DNA of 64,000 nt, from the NCBI GenBank assembly GCA_038087875.1, contig CM075977.1, positions 310,434,001-310,498,000 on the forward strand, read 5' to 3'. Every line of letters begins with the position of its first letter. The stretch's first letter is position 1. Source of the stretch: Malacoraja senta. Its lineage: Eukaryota. The notes under the pieces are model-generated. The model searched no databases, was not told the DNA's origin, and worked only from the letters and a program-made list of their open reading frames with translations. Made by a program: the position numbers and the translations under genes. Of the stretch, positions 24,031-36,904 are shown one piece after another.

Positions 24031-26396
24031 ACATAGAAACATAGAAACATAGAAAATAGGTGCAGGAGTAGGCCATTTGGCCCTTAGAGACTGCACCGCC
24101 ATTCAATATGATCATGGCTGATCATCCAACTCAGTATCCTGTACCTGCCTTCCCTCCATACCCCTTGATCCCTTTAGCCACAAGGGCCACATCTAACTCC
24201 CTCTTAAATATAGCCAATAAACTGGCCTCAACTTCTTTCTGTGGCAGAGAATTCCACAGATCCACCACTCTCTGTGTGAATTTTTTTTTTATCATCTCGG
24301 TCCTAAAAGACTTCCCCCTTATCCTTAAACTGTGACCCCTTGTTCTGGACTTGCCCAACATCGGGAACAATCTTCCTGCATCTAGCCTGTCCAACCCCTT
24401 AAGAATTTTGTAAGTTTCTATAAGATCCCCACTCAATCTTCTAAATTATAGTGAGTACAAGCCGAGTCTATCCAGTCTTTCTTCATATGAAAGTACTGCC
24501 ATCTCAGGAATCAGTCTGGTGAACCTTCTTTGTACTCCCTCTATGGCAAGAATGTCTTTCCTCAGATTAGGAGACCAAAACGGTGCACAATACTCCAGGT
24601 GTGGTCTCAAAAAGGCCCTGTACAACTGCAGTAGAACATCCCTGCTCCTATACTCAAATCCTTTTGCTATGAATGCTAACATACCATTCGCTTTCTTCAC
24701 TGCCTGCTTCACCTTCATGCCTACTTTCAATGACTGGTGTACCATGACACCCAGGTTTCGTTGCATCACCCCTTTTCATAATCGACCACCATTCAGATAA
24801 TAGTCTACTTTCCTGTTCTTGCCACCAAAGTGGATAACCTCACATTTATCCACATTATACTGCATCTGCCATGCATTTACCCACTCACCCAACCTATCCA
24901 AGTCACCTTGCAGCCTCCTAGTATCCTCCTCACAGCTAACACTGCCCCCCAGCTTCGTGTCATCCGCAAATTTGGAGATGTTGCATTCAATTCCCTCGTC
25001 CAAATCATTAATATATATTGTAAATAGCTGGGGTCCCAGCACTGAGCCTTGCGGTACCCCACTAGTCACTGCCTGCCATTCTGAAAAAGGACCCGCTTAC
25101 TCCTACTCTTTGCTTCCTGTCTGCCAGCCAGTTCTCTATCCACATCAATACTGAACCCCCAATACCGTGTGTTTTAAGTTTGCATACTAATCTCTTATGT
25201 GGGACATTGTCGAAAGCCTTCTGAAAGTCCAGATATAACACATCCACAGGTTCTCCCTTATCCACTCTACTAGTTACATCCTCGAAAAATTCTATGATTC
25301 GTCAGACATGATTTACCTTTTATAAATCCATGCTGACTTTGTCCAATGATTTCACCACTTTCCAAATGTGCTGCTATCCCATCTTTAATAACTGACTCTA
25401 GCATTTTCCCCACTACCGATGTTAGACTAACTGGTCTGTAATTCCCCGTTTTCTCTCTCCCTCCCTTTTCAAAAAGTGTGGTTACATTAGCTACCCTCCA
25501 ATCCTCAGGAACTACGCCAGAATCTAAAGCGTTTTGAAAAATTATCACTAATGCATCCACTATTTCTGGGGCTACTTCCTTAAGCACTCTGGGATGCAGC
25601 CTATCTGGCCCTGGGGATCTATCGGCCTTTAATCCATTCAATTTACCTAACACCACTTCCCAACTAACCTGGATTTCACTCAGTTCCTCCATCTCATTTG
25701 ACCCCCAGTCCCCTGCTATTTCTGGCAGATTATTCATGTCTTCCTTAGTGAAGACAGAACCAAAGTAGTTATTCAATTGGTCTGCCATGTCTTTGTTCCC
25801 CATGATCAATTCACCTATTTCTGACTGCAAGGGACCTACATTTGTTTTAACTAACCTTTTTCTCTTCACATATCTATAAATGCTTTTGCAGTCAGTTTTT
25901 ATGTTCCCTCCCAGTTTTCTTTCATAATATATTTTCCCTTTCCTAATTAAGCCCGTTGTCCTCCTCGGCAGGACTGAATTTCTCCCAGTCCTCTGGTAGG
26001 CTGCTTTTTCTGGCTAATTTGTATGCTTCATCTTTTGTTTTGATACCATCCCTGATTTCCCTTGTTATCCACGGATGCACTACCTTCCCTGATTTATTAT
26101 TTTGCCAAACTGGGATGAACAATTGTTGTAGTTCATCCATGCGGTCTTTTAATGCCTTCCATTGCATATCCACCGTCCACCCTTTAAGAATCAATTGCCA
26201 GTCTATCTTGGCCAATTCACGTCTCATACCCTCAAAGTTACCTGTCTTTAAGTTCAGAACCCTTGTTTCTGAATTAACTATGTCACTCTCCATCCTAATG
26301 AAGAACTCAACCATATTATGGTCACTCTTGCCTAAGGGGCCACGCACAACAAGACTGCTAACTAACCCTTCCTCATTACTCAATACCCAGTCTAGG
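24031..26396 (-). mobile_element. CR1 (ORF2 from endonuclease end to 3' tail) nested in the Gypsy integrase
   Basis: SDHN, PGPD, YRPVSLTS, DFQKAFD, GVPQGSVLGP, FADD; (TTCTATGT)n tail; AGGTAA at both junctions. Confidence 0.93.
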
Positions 26397-28724
26397 TAAG
26401 ATCGTTCCTTGAGTTGTTTCGCACTCCGAACAGCCCGTTCGGCGAGTCCATTGGACTGTGGGAACTCGGGGCTGCTGGTAATGTGTTGGAAGTCCCATCA
26501 TTCAGCAAAGTTCTTAAATGCTTGGCTTGTGAATTGCCTGCCGTTGTCAGACTGAATACGCGCAGGGGAGCCATGCACAGAGAGGTGCCGTTGCAGCTTC
26601 TCGATCACTGCCTCTGAGGAAATGGTGTGCAGTAGGTCTATTTCGAACCAGCCCAAGTAAGAGTCGACAAGAACCAAATAGTGTTTTCCGTGCCATTCGA
26701 AGATGTCGGTAGCCAATGAGGACCATGGAAGAGGAGGGACTGGTTGGGGCAGTAGAGGCTGCTTTTGCTGATGTGGCATCAGGCTGTTGCAGACAGCGCA
26801 CAATTCGGTTCTTTCACGTATGTATTTGGTCATCCCAGGCCAATAAAACATGCTTTGCGCCCGTAGGAGGGTTGCCTCTGCAGCGGGGTGGCCCCTGTGG
26901 ATGTCGTTGTAGTATTCTTCCCGTAGTGCGGCTGGGACCACCGCCTTGTGGCCTTTGACTATGATTCTGTCCTGCAGCAGTAGTTCATCAAACCAGGGTC
27001 TTATCTCAAGCTGGGTGTTTGACTGTTTGTGGGGCCAACTGCCCAATATGACTGTGGACAGCAATTGTAAAGTCTCATCAGCAGCCGTGTGTTTGGGCTA
27101 GGCGGCATAAACGATCAGTCGGCACAAACGAGACCTTCATGACTGAGAATTCATCTTGTTCGGAGAGGTGCTATTCATTGGTTCTGCGAGGGGCTCTGGA
27201 TAGCGTGTCTGCTCTGTGCATGTCTTTACCTATCTTGTAGACGACGCGGAAATCAAAGCACTGCTGCTGCATCATCATCCGTTACAGTCATGCTGGGGCA
27301 GCGTGAATAGACTTGTTCAGAATAGTGACCTGCGGCTGGTGGTCAGTCTCAATGGTAATGGTCTTACCAAAGATGAAGTCCTTGAATTTTGAGCAGACGA
27401 AAACCACTGCGAGCAGTTCCTTTTCAATCTGGGCCTAGCGCTCCTCAGTGTCAGTTAGAGTACGGGATGTATATGAGACTGGCTTGAAGCTGCCGTCACT
27501 AGTGGTCTGTAGGCACCCTGAGCCTAGTCCGTATTGGGACGCATCGCAGTGGGTTTCAGTTCATTTCAGCTCCGAGCTGCTACATCTACTGCCTGACGTA
27601 GGCACGTTCTTAATATTATAAAACACATACTAGGCAGGGCTACTACTAACAGGCACTATGATTGGCTAGCATGCAATAGCCAATCTACAGGAACAAAGAG
27701 GTCCTTCTGCAGTTGTACAGGGCGCTAGTGAGACCACACCTGGAGTATTGTGTGCAGTTTTGGTCTCCAAATTTGAGGAAGGACATTCTTGCTATTGAGG
27801 GAGTGCAGCGTAGGTTTACAAGGTTAATTCCCGGGATGGCGGCACTGTCATATGTTGAGAGAATGGAGCGGCTGGGCTTGTATACTCTGGAATTTAGAAG
27901 GATGAGAGGGGATCTTATTGAAACATATAAGATTATTAAGGGTTTGGACACGCTAGAGGCAGGAAACATGTTCCCGATGTTGGGGGAGTCCAGAACCAGG
28001 GGTCACAGTTTAACAATAAGGAGCAATCCATTTAGAACGTAGATGAGGAAACACTTTTTCACACAGAGAGTTGTGAGTCTGTGGAATTCTCTGCTGCAGA
28101 AGGCAGTGGAGGCCGGTTCTCTGTATGCTTTCAAGAGAGAGCTAGATTGAGCTCTTAAAGATATGGGGATATGGGGAGAAGGCAGGAACGGGGTACTGAT
28201 TGTGGATGATCAGCCATGATCACATTGAATGGCGATGCTGACTCAAAGGGCCGATTGGCCTACTCCTGCACCTATTGTCTATTGTCAGAGGGATTAAGAA
28301 CTAAAGGAACATAGATTGCCACAGGAGAATAGCAAGGGAACCAAAAATGAGATGAGGATTTATGTTTTGTTACACAACAAGTGGTTGGAGTTTTAAACAC
28401 ATGGTCAACATTATGTTTGGATATTCACCTGTAGCATTCCAAAAGCATCTGTAAGGATAGAATTTGGAGGACTAATATGAGAGGACAAGGGAGTGTGATT
28501 AGATGGACTATTTTTACATGATGCATAAAGTGTGCATGAGTTTTCAATCATTTCTAAACAACAATTGTCGTTTCAAACTCTGAGTATTATTTATACAATG
28601 GATTAATTAAGATAAAATTGATTGGATTATTTGGGGAATGGAGGGATGTTGATCACGTGCAGGCAGATGAAATTAGTTTATTTTGGAATCATGTTTGGCA
28701 CAGATATTGAGAGCAGTGGGAATG

Positions 28725-28880
28725 TTGTTGGAAGGAACTGCAGATGCTGGTTTAAACCAGAGATAGACACAAAATGCTGGAGTAACTCAGCGGGACATGC
28801 AGCATCTCTTGATGGAAGGAATAGGTGATGTTTCAGGTTGAGACCCTTCTTCAGACTGAGAGTCAGGGGAGAAGGAAACT
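28725..28880 (-). mobile_element. Penelope-derived 3' unit with hammerhead-like motif
   Basis: Minus strand CTGAAGAAGGGTCTCAACCTGAAACATCACC followed by ATGCTGC..CTGAGTTACTCCAGCATTTTGTGTCT. Confidence 0.75.
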
Positions 28881-29249
28881 AGAGGTAATCGCAGAGGGTG
28901 TGCATCAAGAGAGGGTGTTGCAAAACTTCTGTTAGAGAGAGGAGAACTTCTTCAAGGTAGCTATACCTTGAGGAGAATTCACAGTGGAGCAGACAAAATG
29001 CGTAGGAAGGAATTGTTTTCAAACTTCTGTAATATATTCTCAGCATTGCAGCATATAAAATTCCAGAGACAAAGTCTAATGTCCGCAATGAGATAATTAG
29101 ACAGTACCCTAGCTTATCAGAAGTCTGATAACAGAGGGAAAGAAGCTTCTGCATCTTCTACTCAACAGGAGCGGGGAGAAGAAAGAATATATGCAAGAAT
29201 ATGCTGTTGTCTTTCATGTAATAGGGCATATTACATAATCTTTGTCTAA

Positions 29250-29595
29250 TAGGGCACAAGGAAATAGCCATCGTCCTGGATTCAGGGAAGCAATTGGCAG
29301 CATACCCATTAAAACATGTTTCAGTGCCTCTGAAGGAGATACTTGGAGAGGTTGACAAAGGCTGTGAACTTAAACCCCAAGACAGCTCCTGGGATACCCA
29401 GTTTGTTTATTTTGAGAAATCAAACATTAAACTGAAAAATTACCTAGAGCCAAGAGCCAGAAATTGAGTTTTGAATGAGAGCACCTATCCTGTGCAGATG
29501 CTAGAAGGCATTTTGCCTGAGCTGAGCAAAGCAAATATATTCAGCACATAAGATGCAACAGAGAAGTTCTAGTTTGAAAAGTTTAATGAGCAGAA
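29250..29595 (+). pseudogene. Ancient Gypsy RT fragment
   Basis: KSNIKLKNYLEPRARN*VLNESTYPVQMLEGILPELSKANIFST*DATEKF resembles KPNGKLRICLDP..LN...HYP.PT.E.ILPEL..AK.FS.LDA. Confidence 0.6.
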
Positions 29596-29616
29596 CGTAT
29601 TTTCAATATGTATAAT

Positions 29617-29845
29617 TTAGTTTAGTTTTGAGATACAGCGTGGAAATAGGTCCTTCGGCCTGCTGAGTCCACACTGACCAACGATCACCCATAAACTAGT
29701 TCTATTCTACACATTAGCGATAATTTACAGAAGCAAATTAACCTACAAACTTGCACTTCTTTGGTATGTGGAAGGAAAATGTAGCACTTGGAGAAAACCC
29801 AAGCAGTCACAGGACAATGCACAACCTGCACACGAACAGCACCCA
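29617..29845 (-). mobile_element. HE1/V-SINE-like SINE, 5'-truncated
   Basis: Colinear with the other SINE copies; (CTAAA)n tail. Confidence 0.75.
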
Positions 29846-30872
29846 TGTGTTAATTGCACCAGTCAAAGGATTCTGTTCAAGATCATGGCATTTGGTTCCG
29901 AAATGGCAAAGATTAACATGATCAAAGATTATTTTCTCACAGACACAAGAGACTGCAGATGCTGGAAGCTACAGCAACAATCAATCTGCCGGGAAAACTC
30001 AGCGAGTGGAGAGCAGCTGTGGGTGGAAAGGAATGTTCAAAGTATTGGGTTGAAACCCTGCATAAGTTACAAGCTCCTTGGTGTCCCTTGTGCCCTAGAG
30101 AGAGCCTCGGCTAAGTGTGTTGCTTGTTACATCTGAGTGAAGGGGTGTTTCTAAAGAATAAGAAGGGGGTTGGAACAACGAGAGATGAGAAGGAAGTTCA
30201 GAGCTCTCAGGAGGTCGTGTGCGGCTGAAACTCCCAAGAGGTCACGGCCCTTGATTGGCTGTGGCCAAACTCAAGACCCACCAGATCGTGGCTTCGCAGG
30301 AGCCCACGAGCTAGACCCCGCGGCCGAATGTAAGACCCTGCGGATTTTGGCCTGCAGAAGGAAGCCGCCGAGCCGGTCCCTGCTTGTTGGACCCAGCGGA
30401 CCGCCAGCCTGGGAGCGTGAAGCTGCCGTACCAGCCCATGCTCATCCACAAAGACCAGACACCAGGACGATGGAGCCAGTGATGATGGACGTGATGGGCG
30501 AAGGGCAATGACAGTAGGAGAGGAGAAAAACACGGGGTCTGGCATACTGCCCTCTCATGGATGGCTGCGGGAGACATCCCCAGGAACAAAGGTGGACAGG
30601 CGGGGAGAGGGACCAAGGAAGAAGCTGGCTGGAGGCNNNNNNNNNNNNNNNNNNNNNNNNNNNNNNNNNNNNNNNNNNNNNNNNNNNNNNNNNNNNNNNN
30701 NNNNNNNNNNNNNNNNNNNNNNNNNNNNNNNNNNNNNNNNNNNNNNNNNNNNNNNNNNNNNNNNNNNNNNNNNNNNNNNNNNNNNNNNNNNNNNNNNNNN
30801 NNNNNNNNNNNNNNNNNNNNNNNNNNNNNNNNNNNNNNNNNNNNNNNNNNNNNNNNNNNNNNNNNNNNNNNN

Positions 30873-31756
30873 CAAGAGGAGGGGGGGAGAGAGGGGGGGA
30901 AAGGGGAAGTGGGGGAGGAAGGGTGGGGGGGAGGGGGGGGAGGAGGGGGAGTGGGGGAGGAGAGGGGTGGGTGAGAGGGGGATAGAGAGGCCGGGGGAGG
31001 GGAGAGGAGGGAGGAGGGAGGAGGGAGGAGGGAGGCGGGAGGCGGGAGGAGGGAGGAGGGAGTAGGGAGGAGGGAGGAGGGGGGGGGGCAGGTTCATCTC
31101 CAGCAGAGTCTTGATGAGGGAGCAGGGAGCGGCGAGCGGCTTTTGAATAACGGGGCAGGAGGGAGAGGTGGGGGGAGAATGGGGGGAGAGAGAGGGGGGG
31201 AGAGAGAGGGGGGGAGAGAGAGGGGGGGAGAGAGAGGGGGGAGAGTGGGGGGAGAGAGGGGGAAGAGAGAGGGGGGGAGAGATAGCAGGGGGGAGAGAGA
31301 GGGGGGAGAGAGAGGTGGGGTAAGAGAGGGGGTAGAGAGAGGGGGGAGAGAGAGGGACAGGGGGAGAGAGAGAGAGGAGGGGTAGGCCTGGGTCGAGCCA
31401 AGGACCCAAGCCGAGGCACGAGCTTGCGTCGACCAAATCTCTCGGGTTCTCGGGAGCTCTCTGGTACAGGGCCCGAGCCGAGGCGCAAGCGGGAGAGGCG
31501 CAAGCGGGCAGACGGCAGGCAGGCAGATCCATTGTGACGTCATCAGCGAAAAACAGGCTTTTTGATTTCAAAGTTTGATCGGATTTGTGAACATTTTCAT
31601 TAATAACTCAAGAAATAAAGCACGGAATTTTCAGATAAGGCGATTTCGGACTCCAGAGGGTAAATTTCTACCCGAATATTCGTGAAGATGTGACAACACA
31701 CAAACAAATAAATACACACACACAGATACAAGATCAGAGTTTTATTGTTATAAGGA
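30873..31756 (-). mobile_element. Non-autonomous Helitron, 3' end in the gap
   Basis: Minus A|TCCTTATAACAATAAAACTCTGATCTTG..(TG)n start resembles the 11322 element; long C/T-rich tract also shared. Confidence 0.6.
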
Positions 31757-32169
31757 TAAGTGACGCAAACAGTTGATTGGTTTTCAAATTTCATGAAGAT
31801 GAATATCTAAGAAAATACCCATTCAATTAGGTTCATTCACCAGTTTAAAGGACTGTTCGTGTAGAATCCCTGAGTTGCTGTTCTCTGGTCACTGTAACAC
31901 AATTCACAGCAGTCAACTCTGCAAGGTTCTCAGAGCACAGGCATTTTCATCACTGAATATCATCAGCTCACTTTCCAAACACAACTGATGCAGATAATGG
32001 CTTCATACTGTTAATTTCTTCCAAATCCAAGTCTCTCTCTGTTGGCAGAAGTGGGAACCTACATTCTCTTTGGTCACTTCTCACTCTAACCTCATATATC
32101 CCATCTCTTCGATCCGTTCCCCAGCACCGCATATGAAGAAAGAGGCCGACTTGTGACATTGGTCCCTAA

Positions 32170-32512
32170 GATTCACATGAGAGGAATAGATAGGGTAAAT
32201 ATCTCCCCTATTCTGTTTCCCAGAGTAGGGGAGTTAAAACCCAGAGGACATAGCTTTAAGGTGAGAGGGGAAAGATTTAATAGGAATCTGAGGGGCACTG
32301 TTTTCAAACAGAGGGAGGTGGGTACATGGACGAACTGCCAGAGGAGGTAGTTGACACAGGTACTACAACAGCATTTAAAAGACATTTGGACTGGTACATG
32401 CATAGGAAAGGTCTAGTGGGATATGGGTCATATGCAGGCAGGTGGGACTAGTGTAGATGGGGCATCTTGGTTGGCATGGGCATGTTGGGCCTCTGTCCAT
32501 GTTGTATCTCTA
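32170..32512 (+). mobile_element. CR1 3' fragment
   Basis: MRGIDRVN..LFPRVGELKPRGHSFKVRGERF plus 3'UTR. Confidence 0.85.
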
Positions 32513-32564
32513 TAGCAGTGGAGGTAGGGATAGGCCATCAGGTTATTCAAGCTCAGTGGAGTCA

Positions 32565-33237
32565 CAGTCAGTCATACAGCAGGGAAACAGGATCTCTGGC
32601 TTAAATTGTGCATGCTGACCAAAATGTCCCATCAAAGCTCATTTACCCGCATTTGGCTTATATTTCTTAATGGTTTTCTATCCATGTACCCAACCCAACC
32701 AGATGCCTCCTGTCCTGCTGAGTTACTCCATCTTTTTGTGTCTATCTTTGGTTTCAACCAGCATCTGCAGTTCCTTCCTACACAATATCTATTAAATGTT
32801 GTTATTATACCTGCCATAACTACATCTGCTCAAAGTTCATTCCATATACCCACCATCCTCTGTGTGAAAAAGTTTCCCCTCAGGATTCTATTAAATCTTT
32901 CCCTTCTCATCTTAAACCTGTACCCCTTTAGTTCTTGATTGTCGTACCTGGGAAAAGATTGTACATTCACCTTATCTATTCTCCTCATGATTCAATACAC
33001 CTCTGTAAGCTCACCACTTAGCGAGAAATAAACATAGAACAGGACAGCATAAGGACAGCATAAGGACAGGCATTTTGGTTCACAATGTGTTGCTGAAGAT
33101 GATGTCATGACCATCACCTATCTACCTGCATATAACCCTTATCCCTCCATTCCCTCATATCCATATGCCTATCCAAAGGTCTTTTAAATGCCACTAATGT
33201 ATCTGCTTCAACCACCATCTCCGGCAGCACATTCCAG
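32565..33237 (-). mobile_element. Two CR1 3' fragments, with a Penelope-derived piece at ~32700-32782
   Basis: Reverse-complement CR1 3' end motifs. Confidence 0.7.
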
Positions 33238-33839
33238 GCTCTCATCTTGTTCGTTTGTCCGTATATTCAGATTCAGATTCAGATTCAACTTTATTGTCAT
33301 TGTGCAGTGTACAGTACAGAGACAACGAAATGCAGTATGCGTGCGTATATATGCGTGCGTGTGCATGAGTTCCCGAAACCCCGCCAAAATGGTACACGGT
33401 AGCACTACAATTGTTGGCCCATCTTACTCACCATTGTCCTGTAATGTAAATGAAACAAGTTTTGTTCAGATAGATGGTATATTTTACAAATGATTCACAT
33501 TTTAAACTTTACAAATATCACTGTTCAAACCACTTTACCACTTGCCCTGACTGTCAGCCGCAGTTGACATCACAATGACGTCACAATGACATCCCATATT
33601 TCTTTTTTTTTTTAATTGCCATGTTTTTTTTGCCTGGCCTCCCAACGGGGATCCAACGGCTCCACGGGTAAATTTTGTTCTACTTTACAAATGCCTGCAT
33701 CGGTCCTCTATTCACTTTGTTAACTTTAACTTAATTTCAGCCATCAACAGCACAACTTTGAACAAGGTAGCCGTGCATCCGCAGTTTGGTGGAATATTGC
33801 ATTGGGGGAGCAGGCCGAACGGGTCCGCACATGGTCTAG
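33238..33839 (+). mobile_element. Non-autonomous Helitron, 5'-truncated
   Basis: 3' end TTGGGGGAGCAGGCCGAACGGGTCCGCACATGGTCTAG|T is homologous to 12811-12848. Confidence 0.7.
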
Positions 33840-34112
33840 TTACATATAAAGTCCTAGCCTCAGGTCCTGGCAACATCCTTATAAATCTTCTCCACACACT
33901 TTGCAGCTTAATAGCAGCTTTCCATTTGCAGAGTGACTAGACATAATATTCCAAGTGTGGCCTTACCAACATCTTGTACAACTATAACATAACTTCCCAA
34001 CTTGTATGCTCAATTTCCTGCCGGATTAAGGCCAACGCGCCAAAAGCCCTCTTCATCACTTATCTACCAGTTATGCCAGTTTCAAGGAACTATGTCCTTG
34101 TACTTGTATCCC

Positions 34113-36179
34113 CAGGGCTCTCGCTTAACTTTTTTTCCCTGTTGCCTGCCGGGCAACCTTGGTAGCTTTTTAGGTTGCCAAATGACAGTTTAGGTGGTCT
34201 TTTAAGACGGTTTGCATGATGCGTGCGATAATGTGCTCGGACGAAGTGCGTAGTTACCAGTCGGAATTATGCTCAATGAAGCATTCACATATTATTTCTG
34301 CTTCAAATAAAGTCACAAACTAAACATATTCACCAATCAAGACATGATATATACCACAATGACATGCAGCAAAATTATAATACAATATCTCAACTCTTTT
34401 TACACATTGCAATTAATGCAATTTCTATTAGTTCTTTCAACTTCCAAACAAAAATGTGGTTGGATTATTCAGCGTATGATCAACCTGTGTCAATAAATCC
34501 TGGACCATGGTAACATATATGCTTAACCATGCACACTACAGATTGATGCGAGCATGTTTTCTGTGAAGGACCGAAAATTACCATGACATGGCCATAGCAT
34601 GGGTCGTTATTGCTATTGGTACAAAAAAACCACTCTCGCTTCCCACATAATTTATCCAAAACAAAATATACAGGTTGCAAGAAAATTTCTAAAGGCATTT
34701 TATGATAATAGCTGTTAAAACCGACTATACCCATCAAACATTACACTTACTGACAAGAGATGGCCAAAGGGCATAACTGCAGCAAATGTTGTTTTGGTAA
34801 TATGTTTAAAGGTGCCAAACACCACATTACCGGACATTCAGATTAGATGTACGTGTTGTGAACAGCAATGAAGATACCCAGTTTGTACGCACCAGATTTA
34901 AAAAAAAAAATTGATAAATGCTGTTTCCATCATTCCCACTTCAGAATTAATGTTAAAATTTCAACTGAAATATCTCCTGACCAAATTTGTGATGTATATG
35001 ACCGACTGTAGAAGTAAAACCTGGATAAATCCAACGTATAGTTGTGAATGTTGCTCATTAAATAACTACAGTACTGATACTCCATATTAAGAGCATTGAT
35101 TTGCCGTTTAAATGAATTCTGTAATAACGTGTCAATGGTAGCAGTGACAATCGAACACTGCGGTTTTAATGTTTCACGTGTTCACAATTTAATTAATCCA
35201 TCTTTATGGACCTAAACAAATAATAACAATGGGAATTAAAACACATTTGATTGCATTCTGTTATAAAACATAGTCAATGTTCGCTCTGAAGACATTTCCA
35301 GCACAATAGGGTCGGGTGGGGTGTGAATCATTGCGGGGTGGATAGATGGCGGGGGGTGAGAAGGCAATCGGTGCGGAATGGATGGATTGAGGCAGGTGAA
35401 TTAGTACGTGTTGGTTGGAGTATGTAAAATTGTGAGGGGAGAGCACGGGGGATGTCAGTGGTGTTGAATGGGGGGATCAGTACAGGGTGAATGGGGGTAG
35501 ACAAAAATGCTGGAGAAACTCAGCAGGTGAGGCAGCATCTATGGAGCGAAGGAAATAGGCAACATTTTGGGTCAAGACCCTTCTTCAGGCTGTTCCCCCC
35601 ATTCTTCTTGAATGGTGGGATCAGTACAGGATAGATTGGGGGGGCGATCAGCGCAGGATGAATGGGAGGGTTCAGTACAGGATGAACGGGGGAGGGGGTC
35701 ATTACAGTGTGGATCGGAGGTTCTGTGCAGGATGAATGGGAGATCACTACAGGATAAATGAGGGGATCAGTACAGGATGAATGGGGGGGGATCAGTAAAA
35801 GATGAATGGGGGATCAGTAAAAGATGAATGGGATGATCACTACAGGATGGATGGTGGGGATCGGTGCAGGGTAAATGGAGGGTGGGTCAGTACGGGATGC
35901 ATGGGGGGATCAGTGCAGGATGAATGGAGGAGATGTGCAGGATGGATGGGAAGGGGGGTAAGTACAGGATGAATTGGGGGACCAGTGTAGGATGGATGGG
36001 GAGTGGCAGGAGAATCAATGCGAGGTGGATAGGGTGATCAGCGCAGGATGAATAGATGGGGGGAGTAGATGGGGAGGGGAGCACAGGGGATGTCAGTGAG
36101 GACTGAATAGGGGCGGGAATGGGGATCAGTGCGGGATGGAGAGGAGGGATCTCAGGATAAGGGGGGTGGAGGGGGGCGT

Positions 36180-36213
<34 letters not shown>

Positions 36214-36870
36214 AGGTGGGGAGGAAGGAAGGTCAGTGCTCCTTGGACAACATCGCCCCACTGCCTTGGCTGTCCCTGTCCACCGCCAAGTGGCACCACT
36301 AAAGCGGGAGGCGGTTGGGATCTCCTCGCCACCGCCTCCCCTCCTCCGCCAGCCAACAGGAAGGTGTGGGGCCGAGCGGTGCAGCTCAAAGATCCTAAAG
36401 CTATAGGATCTTTGGTGCAGCTGCTTCAGACGGTGGAAGAGGTCTCCCCCTCCCTCCCTCTTCCTGGACTCGACGTGCGAGAGGGTTTGTTTTGAAAGCG
36501 GTTATCGCCCGAGCGGATTTGCAAGCAGCGGCCGCTATCAGGGCGGGCAGGGTGCGGGAGGAGGAGGAGGTGAAGCCGCTGTTGCGGCCGCTACTGCTGT
36601 TGTGCGGGGCCCGTCATTCGCTCCGACCCTTCGTCACCACGCACCTAATATCTTTGCCCCGTAATACAGCCGTCGCCGACACAAAACGTCACATTCCTTT
36701 TCTCCAGAGATGCTGCCTGACCCGCTGAGTTACTCCAGTTTTTAGTGTCTATCTTCAGTATAAACCAGTATCTGCAGTGCCATGCCGGGCAAAATTATTC
36801 GGCGTTTAGGTTGCCCGGTGGCACTTTGGGTGGTCATTGGCACCCGGGCAACCATTAATTTCGAGCCCTG
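34113..36870. mobile_element. Non-autonomous hAT-like DNA transposon
   Basis: TIRs CAGGGCTCTCGCTTAAC / ATTAATTTCGAGCCCTG; subterminal GTTGCC..GGCAAC motifs; ATCCC on both flanks. Confidence 0.7.
35445..36160 (+). repeat. Degenerate ~22-25 bp tandem repeat (GGATCAGTACAGGATGAATGGGG)
   Basis: Repeated unit visible inside the hAT-like element. Confidence 0.8.
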
Positions 36871-36904
36871 ATCCCTCTGCTCTACAGCACACCTCAGGGC
36901 CTTA

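Larger units (their letters stand above)
22470..27689 (-). mobile_element. Ty3/Gypsy LTR retrotransposon with gag-pro-RT deleted and two nested CR1s
   Basis: 3' LTR 22470-22668 (TGT..ACA) with adjacent PPT; partial 5' LTR 27562-27689; GGAAC TSD (22465-69 / 27690-94). RNase H CDASQYGLG; integrase IHRGH..YWPGM..CAVC, TDIF, VDSY, SDNGRQF. Confidence 0.93.
16804..28285 (+). mobile_element. One CR1 copy split by later insertions (pieces 16804-16985, duplicate plus continuation 22137-22469, and 27690-28285)
   Basis: Contiguous CR1 RT reading ISQFADDTNLGG...KCEVIHFG...GVEYRN|KEVLLQLYRALVRPHLEYC... ending in a (CTATTGT)n tail. Confidence 0.88.

Noticed and set aside
30140-30636. GC-rich stretch with a 113-aa ORF before the gap
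   Set aside because: Possibly a retroelement ORF1 remnant, but there is no diagnostic motif; left unassigned.
30442-31571. Long Pro/Ser/Leu-rich ORFs (353 aa, 338 aa); similar ORFs at 12050-12627 and 42407-43255
   Set aside because: Translations of C/T simple repeats and N gaps.
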